From an uncultured Acidobacteriota bacterium (GTDB lineage Bacteria > Acidobacteriota > Blastocatellia > RBC074): DNA of 64,000 bases. A program made the position numbers and the translations under genes. This document shows, one piece after another, positions 58,401 to 64,000 of this stretch. Location: assembly GCA_963796275.1 (NCBI GenBank), contig CAWCKY010000006.1, positions 2,304,001 through 2,368,000 on the forward strand. The letters are read 5' to 3'. A model generated the notes under the pieces. The model was not told the origin of the DNA. It was given only the letters and a program-made list of their open reading frames with translations, and did no database searches. Positions within the stretch are counted from its first letter, which is position 1. Each line of letters begins with the position of its first letter.

Positions 58401-59154
58401 TATCCGCAAGCATCAATTATTACGGGCCTTTCCGCATTTCAATGGCTTGACCCAGGCGCGTACCCCCCTCGGAAAAGTGCGAACCGATGCTTTGGAAGTC
58501 ACCTTCGACCGGAGGTTTTCCAATGGGTTCACCTTAAGCGCCAACTATACCAGGCTCCGCAACGACACGGCGGACTTCTTTCTCAACGAGTATGACGAAC
58601 TACCGACCTGGCGGCAGTCAAATTTGGGAAGACCGCACCGTATCGCCGGGTCGGGCATTTTCGAGTTGCCGTTGGGAAAGGGAAGGCGATGGGGTAAGAG
58701 TGGCGTCTGGAATTCCGTGTTCGGTGGATTCCAGATTGCCGCAACCTTTGAATGGCAGCCCGGCCCCTTGCTCGATTGGCCCAACCTGTTCTTTTACGGA
58801 GACCCCCAAGAGATCAAGACGAATGGGCGGAATCTAGAGCAGTGGTTTACGACTGACAATTTCGAACGTAACGCTTCCAGTGCGCCTGCCGCGTTTCACC
58901 GCCGGGTCTTTCCTACGAGGATTGATGGAGTGCGAGCGGATGGACTCAACCGCTGGGATACCAATATTCAACGGAAATTCAGAATCAACGAGAAGTGGAC
59001 GCTCGAACTAAGGTTGGACGCTTTGAATCTGTTTAACCGCTCACAGTTCAGCGCTCCCGTCACCGACCCCATCATGACGAATTTCGGGCAAGTCGTTGGT
59101 GAAGAGGCCACGACCAAGCGATTTCTACAGATTCAGGCCCGGATCAGATTTTAG
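55486..59154 (+). CDS. TonB-dependent receptor, Oar-like, with a carboxypeptidase-regulatory-like N-domain
   Basis: GRVSDPQ..., IDGAPN, SNFDAAVG, TKSGTN, YIQDQWRV, WLPRFG.AY, RAGYGIY, C-terminal QIQARIRF. Confidence 0.93.
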   Translation: MKSAEELRFGMAWFWLILVLANPALGQETRSTIYGRVSDPQSTLIARASVIVSNIETGVSITITTNETGYFEAPLLLPGKYRVSVEMPGYKKSVKDGILLPVSTRSEINFRLELGELAESVTVTAENPLLDTSNISSGRILDNRNLMDLPYFNNSPALLVKITPGVQSSGERRYNGVNALGGVSDHRVAGGVGGSEYSIDGAPNAGSGYQAAYLPYSDTIQEVKIETSNFDAAVGHSTGASVSLMTKSGTNAYHGTLTWQHWQQRWNAARFFTNTLRNRQIAAAEAAGDQSLAESLRAQPGQPSGHSNNYAGSIGGPLVIPKLYNGRNRLFFFVSLDGFKDKKPAEFGVNRTLPTPANLQGDFSDLLKIDPVRYQLYDPLTVKPDPNRPGHVIRDPFLNNIIPPDRIVNPAYHHYVRFLPRPNNSPVDPRLEPTNNYLAVAMPFDWTYNALANRLDYVHSEKHRFFFRWNWLKYREDRLDWTYESARGLHKDGVNRNNRSGTADWVYTHSSQTVFDFVIAASDFKTGPLFEVPFTFKPSDVGLPAYIDAKAGDQHVLPSMRFVNAMNETVYETIGLNVPTFTYFQTISGKVNVSHVRGNHSLRGGFEMRQFYRLGGGGGNTSGNFGYSNIFTRKDDDGFSPAGELGHRWAAFMLGLPNSLTIDTNDDYATNNPYYAWYIQDQWRVTPKLTVNPGLRIEYELGATERYNRMIGYLDPAARLPITDAALATYAQNPIPELPASGFLVTGGALYPGATGLDRRSFKNELMWLPRFGMAYQIGSKTVLRAGYGIYFDTINVLNQEPDQSGFSQTTSSILTNDFGQSWLLGDPLNGISPLTDPFPVRGDGTRFNVPTRDALGLMARAGRGWTFIDFNSKRARQQRWRIGVQRQLGANIVIEVAYAGSYSDRVPISRRLDFLPEQFWADGLVRNGAIATNLNRNVSNPFNISNFSGLQSSDPGLYQEMSRLGFFSSPTIRKHQLLRAFPHFNGLTQARTPLGKVRTDALEVTFDRRFSNGFTLSANYTRLRNDTADFFLNEYDELPTWRQSNLGRPHRIAGSGIFELPLGKGRRWGKSGVWNSVFGGFQIAATFEWQPGPLLDWPNLFFYGDPQEIKTNGRNLEQWFTTDNFERNASSAPAAFHRRVFPTRIDGVRADGLNRWDTNIQRKFRINEKWTLELRLDALNLFNRSQFSAPVTDPIMTNFGQVVGEEATTKRFLQIQARIRF

Positions 59155-59181
59155 GAGCCGGAGCGATCGATAATCCGGCTC
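59155..59181 (+). other. Intergenic hairpin between the two receptor genes
   Basis: GAGCCGGA-N11-TCCGGCTC with no U-tract, more like an mRNA stabiliser than a terminator. Confidence 0.5.
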
Positions 59182-59229
59182 AGGCCGCTTAACCATAGTC
59201 AATCAACTTAAAATTTAAAGGATGCACCT

Positions 59230-62200
59230 ATGAAAAGGCTGTTTTCGCATCTGCTACTGACAGCAGTGCTATTTCTGGCTGGTTTTGGCGCCTTCGCACA
59301 ACTCGACACCGGCACAATCAGCGGCGCCGTAACCGATGCCACCGGCGCCGTGGTTGCCAATGTGAAGGTCGTACTGAAAAATGAATTGACGGGCGCGCTT
59401 CGCGAGGTCATGGCCAATTCGCAAGGCTACTACACATTCTCCCTCATACCCAGCGGTCGTTACTCGCTGCAAGTAGAGCGGCAAGGATTCAAAAGTTATC
59501 GCCGCACGGGTCTCATCCTGCAGGTCAATCAGAACCTCAACGTAGCTCTTACCCTCGAACTTGGGGAGCTTAGTGAAAGCGTGACCGTGAGCGGCGCGCC
59601 GCCACTGGTTGACACCTCCTCTGGAGTATTACGGGAGACAGTGGACCATACGCGGATAACGGAACTTCCGCTCAACGGGCGCAATGTGCTGCAACTTCAA
59701 AGTCTTCTGCCGGGCGCTGTCGCCACCGGATCGCTCGATCAGGGCGCCAACACGCCAGGGTTCGCCATCAACGGCGGCATCAGCTCAACGAACAATTACT
59801 CGCTCGACGGGGGGCAATATGTGGATGCATATTTCAATGCGCCGCTCCCGTTTCCGAATCCCGACGCGATCCAGGAGTTCACCATCCAGACGAATTCTTA
59901 CAGCGCCGAGTTCGGGCGCAATCGCGGGGCTTCCATCAATGCAGTGACAAAATCCGGGACGAACCAATTCCACGGCGGCGCATTCGAGTTCCTGCGCAAC
60001 GATATATTGGACGCGCGCCCCTTTTTCGCTCGCACGGCGCCGGACTTCAAACGCAATCAGTTCGGAGCGCATATTGGCGGGCCGATCAAACAGAACGAGA
60101 CTTTCTTCTTCTTCGCCTGGCAGGGAACGCACGAGCGAGGCACCCCGAACACCAGCACGTTTGTTGTCCCAACCTCCAAGATGCGGATGGGCGATTTCTC
60201 CGAATTGACCCGCCAAATAATCGACCCGACTGGCAACCCATTTCCCGGGAATGTGATCCCGGAATCACAGCTCAACCCGACTGCCGTGCAGTTCCTGGCG
60301 AGATTCGTTCCGTTACCCAACACCGGCCAATTCAACTATGTCGCCCCGCGCAACCGGCCGCTGGATGGCAATCAGTATGTCGCCCGCATCGACCACGAAC
60401 TGGGGAAGAATGACCGCCTCTATGGCCGTTATATGTTCACTGATGATGAGTCATTCAATCCCGGCGGTGACATCGAGGGGTGGGGCAGCGCGCAGAAGTT
60501 CCGCCGCCAAAGCATAGTGCTTAACCATACTCACACATTCAGCCCGGCGCTGCTCAACACGGCCTCCTTCACCTTCAACCGCGTGAAGGCACTGGTGAAT
60601 CCGGAACCACGTTTTCCCTGGTCGGACCTCGGTTCAAAGACGCCGCCCGCAGCGCCCGACATCGTCGGCTGGCACACCGTAAACGTCAGCAATTACTTTT
60701 CTGCCAATACCAGCACTTTCTGGGATCTGGCGCGCAATTCCTTCAATTATGAGGACACGATGAGCTGGCAGCGCGGGCCACATGCCATGAAGTTCGGCGC
60801 GCAAATCTCCCGCTCCCAAGTCAATCAGCTCAACGAGTTCCTATCGCAGGGCAGCTTCACCTTCAATGGCTTCGCCACCGGCGACTCGCTGGCCGACTTC
60901 ATGCTTGGGCGGGTTGCCAATATGAGGCAGGTCTCCCCGCTGAGCAACACGCTGCGGCAGACGCTTTGGCATTTCTTCGTTTCGGATGACATCAAGATGA
61001 ACCGGCGCTTGACGCTCAACCTGGGGTTGCGTTGGGAGCCGAATCTGCACTTCACCGAACGCGACGGCAAGCAAAGCAGCTTCCGCCTCGGGGAGAGTTC
61101 GACGGTTTATCCAAATGCGCCGCCGGGGTTGCTCTTCAAGGGGGACCCGCAACTGCCGCCGAACGTGCTCAAGAACAACTGGGCTAACCTGGCGCCGCGC
61201 ATCAGCTTTGCCTTTGATGTGTTCGGGGACGGCAAGATGGCGGTGCGCGGCGGCTATGGCATCTTTTACGACGTGATCCGCTCGATCAATCTCAACCGCT
61301 TCCCGCTTATCCAGCCCTTCGTGCTCGACAAGACGGTCTTCAACGTCGACTTCAGCGACCCTTACAGCGGCACAAACGACTTCCCATTTACGCCACCCAC
61401 CACACCCGAGCAGAAGCGGGCGTTCCAGTTCATCGAAGAGGCCGCCACGACGGTCTTCACCGAGGATTTCGCGACGCCGTACTCGCAGCAATGGAACCTC
61501 AACATCCAGCGCCAGCTTCCGCTGGATGTCGTAGTCACGGCAGCTTACGTCGGCTCGAAGAGCACACGTCTGTTCGGTTCGCATAACATCAACCCGGCGG
61601 TCTTCAAGGCCGGTGCGACGGTGAGCGACACTCAGGATCGCCGTCAGCTTCCGCAGTTCGGAGTGATCGAGGAGACGTCGACGGTCGGTTATTCGCAGTA
61701 CCACTCCTTTCAACTGACCGTCAACAAACGATTGTCTAAGGGCCTGACGGTTCTGGGGGCCTATACTATATCCAAGAACACGGGGCTGGTGGCGCCGCAG
61801 TCGGAAGGATCCCAGGGAAACCGCGATCCCTTGAACTGGAATCTGGATCGCGGTGTAGTGGGCGAAGATCGTCCGCAAACGCTTGCGATCTCGTACGTCT
61901 GGCATCTGCCCACCGGTGGTTTGCAGGGAGTGGCGAACAAGATATTAGGCGGCTGGGAATTGTCGGGAATAATGACGGCCTCGAGCGGCGCGCCACTGAC
62001 TGTTCGAGCCGGCGTTGACCGCTCGTTGACCGGGCAGAACCTCGACACGGCTGATTTGATTAGCGACCCAATCGTCTCCGGTGATCGCTCGCGTGGCGAA
62101 CAGCTCGTCCAATGGTTCAATACGTCGGCGTTCGCGCTTCCCGCGCAGGGTACGGTGGGCACTACCGGAATCAACACTCTGCGCGGCCCGGGGTTCTTCC

Positions 62201-62397
62201 TGATGGACGCTGGACTTCACCGCAATTTTAAGATTACGGAACGGATCAACCTGCAATTCCGCGCGCAGTTCTATAATGTCTTGAACCATACGGTCCTCGG
62301 AAATCCCAATACGAATCTCACGAGTGCGAACTTCGGTCGGATTCTGGGAACAGGGACACCACGCGTTGGTGAATTGGGGGTGAAATTGTCATTCTGA
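59230..62397 (+). CDS. TonB-dependent receptor, Oar-like
   Basis: GAVTDATGAVV, LPLNGRN, NPDAIQEF, YSAEFGR, TKSGTNQFHG, LAPRISFA, C-terminal GVKLSF. Confidence 0.94.
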   Translation: MKRLFSHLLLTAVLFLAGFGAFAQLDTGTISGAVTDATGAVVANVKVVLKNELTGALREVMANSQGYYTFSLIPSGRYSLQVERQGFKSYRRTGLILQVNQNLNVALTLELGELSESVTVSGAPPLVDTSSGVLRETVDHTRITELPLNGRNVLQLQSLLPGAVATGSLDQGANTPGFAINGGISSTNNYSLDGGQYVDAYFNAPLPFPNPDAIQEFTIQTNSYSAEFGRNRGASINAVTKSGTNQFHGGAFEFLRNDILDARPFFARTAPDFKRNQFGAHIGGPIKQNETFFFFAWQGTHERGTPNTSTFVVPTSKMRMGDFSELTRQIIDPTGNPFPGNVIPESQLNPTAVQFLARFVPLPNTGQFNYVAPRNRPLDGNQYVARIDHELGKNDRLYGRYMFTDDESFNPGGDIEGWGSAQKFRRQSIVLNHTHTFSPALLNTASFTFNRVKALVNPEPRFPWSDLGSKTPPAAPDIVGWHTVNVSNYFSANTSTFWDLARNSFNYEDTMSWQRGPHAMKFGAQISRSQVNQLNEFLSQGSFTFNGFATGDSLADFMLGRVANMRQVSPLSNTLRQTLWHFFVSDDIKMNRRLTLNLGLRWEPNLHFTERDGKQSSFRLGESSTVYPNAPPGLLFKGDPQLPPNVLKNNWANLAPRISFAFDVFGDGKMAVRGGYGIFYDVIRSINLNRFPLIQPFVLDKTVFNVDFSDPYSGTNDFPFTPPTTPEQKRAFQFIEEAATTVFTEDFATPYSQQWNLNIQRQLPLDVVVTAAYVGSKSTRLFGSHNINPAVFKAGATVSDTQDRRQLPQFGVIEETSTVGYSQYHSFQLTVNKRLSKGLTVLGAYTISKNTGLVAPQSEGSQGNRDPLNWNLDRGVVGEDRPQTLAISYVWHLPTGGLQGVANKILGGWELSGIMTASSGAPLTVRAGVDRSLTGQNLDTADLISDPIVSGDRSRGEQLVQWFNTSAFALPAQGTVGTTGINTLRGPGFFLMDAGLHRNFKITERINLQFRAQFYNVLNHTVLGNPNTNLTSANFGRILGTGTPRVGELGVKLSF

Positions 62398-62468
62398 TTG
62401 AGCGTCATGGAACATGGGAAGATTGGACCGGTTGAAGTGAGGGGGGCTTGTTGGGCACTGGAGGATAG

Positions 62469-63002
62469 ATGAGCGAATTGACCGATCGGATGCAGGAGCA
62501 ACAAGACGCTCGCTTTATGGAACTCGCACTGAGACAAGCGGCCGCTGCGGTAAGCAGAGGCCAGACGCCTTTCGGCGCAGTCCTGGTGGATCGAGACGGA
62601 CAGCTGATCGGCGAAGGCCACAATACGGTGCGCTCCGACCTGGACCCGACGGCGCACGCCGAGATCGTTGCAATTCGACAGGGATGGCGGCGTCTGGGGA
62701 AGTGGCAGTTGCTAGCAGGCGGCACGCTCTACTGCAGCTGTGAACCTTGCCTCTTGTGCTCCTTCGTTATCACACAAATCTCCCTCGGCCGTGTGGTGTT
62801 CGCCGCGCGCGGACGTGACGTTCCTACTTATAAGCCGCTGCTCGGCGCTGATCTGGCGGAGGCGGCGGCCTGGGTAAATGCGCAGAGCGATTGGGCGCCG
62901 TTGGAGGTGGTTGGCGGTTTCATGCGCGAACGCGCGATGGAAATGATTTCGTCATTTCCATGGTCGGAGGCTCAGGCGAGGAATGTCCTGGACACGTTGT
63001 GA
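62469..63002 (+). CDS. Zinc-dependent nucleoside/nucleobase deaminase (CDA superfamily)
   Basis: PFGAVLV, DPTAHAEIVAIR, EPCLLC; GGAGG RBS. Confidence 0.88.
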   Translation: MSELTDRMQEQQDARFMELALRQAAAAVSRGQTPFGAVLVDRDGQLIGEGHNTVRSDLDPTAHAEIVAIRQGWRRLGKWQLLAGGTLYCSCEPCLLCSFVITQISLGRVVFAARGRDVPTYKPLLGADLAEAAAWVNAQSDWAPLEVVGGFMRERAMEMISSFPWSEAQARNVLDTL

Positions 63003-63192
63003 TACTCAGTAATATGGATATGGCCCGCCTTTTCTTCTGGAATAATTGCAAGGCAGCTTCATATGCTTGCGCGTTCCCGCCAGATCGCTCGCGGATATTT
63101 ATTGGATATTCCATCGTAGGGGCAGACCTTATCCCTTACCCATAGAAGCCCATGGAACAGTCTGAGAATCGGATTTGTTCGTTTACTCAGCC

Positions 63193-64000
63193 TTAAGAAG
63201 CCGAACGCGATCGCCTTCTGTGCATGCGGGAAGAGCGGACGTGGACGCGCGGCCACAGCCGTTTGGCGCCGGGAACGAGGCGCAGTTTCCAGGCGGCGAG
63301 TGCGCGGCCGCGCAGTGTCGGGGCGAAGACATAGTCGAAACCGTGGGTGCGTGTTTGGTTGGTCCACTCGCGCTTCCACGGCATGTCGTCGCCGAGAAAG
63401 TCGAACTCGCGTATGCCACGGGCGATGAGGTCACGGGCGACGGCATCGACCAGGAGATGACCTAGGCCGTAGCTGGCGAGCTTGGGGTCGCAGCCGGGCT
63501 TGAAGAGGTAGTAGGTGTCGTCGTCGACGAGGGCGAAGTGGAAGGCGACGCGACGGGCGCCAGCTTTGAGGAAGTAGCACGCGAGGCGGCCGAGGGCGGC
63601 GAAGGCATGGGCGAGAGTGCGGTACCGGGCGCGCAGCCGCGGGTCGCAGGCGATTGCGGTGCCGAGCTCGCCCTTCCAGCCAGCGGCCTCGAGGGCGAAG
63701 CCTTCGTCGAGGGCAGCGTCGAGGATGGCCCTGTCGACGGCCGCGCCCGGACCATCGCCGTCGATACGCTCGAGGGTGAGCGGGCCGACGTCAGCCTCGA
63801 GCTTGCGCGCGCGCCGGCGCAAATTGCCGCGAAACTTGTTGCTAAGCTGGCTGTCGAGCTCAGCAGCGTTCGATGGCAGCAGCAGGTATGGAGAAGTCAT
63901 CGAAGGCCAGGTGCCCACCGGCAGGCGGGCTGCGCGCGCGGCGGCGACCAATCGCGCGGCGGCAGCGCACGCCGGCACCGACTGCAGCTCGACGGCATCC
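63193..64000 (-). CDS. GNAT-family acetyltransferase (CelD/BcsL-like); 5' end lies outside the window
   Basis: KFRGNLRRRARKL, LEAAGWKG, K.G.DP...SYGLGHLL, FDFLGDD..WKREW. Confidence 0.85.
   Translation of the reverse strand, partial: DAVELQSVPACAAAARLVAAARAARLPVGTWPSMTSPYLLLPSNAAELDSQLSNKFRGNLRRRARKLEADVGPLTLERIDGDGPGAAVDRAILDAALDEGFALEAAGWKGELGTAIACDPRLRARYRTLAHAFAALGRLACYFLKAGARRVAFHFALVDDDTYYLFKPGCDPKLASYGLGHLLVDAVARDLIARGIREFDFLGDDMPWKREWTNQTRTHGFDYVFAPTLRGRALAAWKLRLVPGAKRLWPRVHVRSSRMHRRRSRSAS

Noticed and set aside
63000-63012. UGA readthrough at the end of the deaminase gene
   Set aside because: An in-frame TAA follows within three codons, so there is no extended ORF, unlike the 25.3-kb junction.

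Overview
Bacterial genomic DNA that looks like Acidobacteriota (inferred from ADOP-type duplicated ABC permeases with PadR, acidobacterial VWA proteins and Oar-like TonB-dependent receptors). The window holds about 40 genes, mostly metabolic and envelope functions, several decayed gene remnants and several families of REP-like or short tandem repeats. I found no rRNA, tRNA, CRISPR array or intact transposase. The most notable signal is a selenium locus at about 24.7-30.2 kb. A TlpA-like thioredoxin ORF and the next minus-strand ORF (a putative outer-membrane beta-barrel) are in the same frame and separated only by TGA-CCG-CTC-TGA followed by a GC-rich hairpin. This suggests one ~498-aa secreted selenoprotein with a U-P-L-U (UxxU) motif. 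It is preceded by a Cys/His-rich small ORF and lies ~1.6 kb from a senA-senB-like (selenoneine biosynthesis) gene pair. All calls come from reading the sequence and ORF track by eye; no database searches were run.
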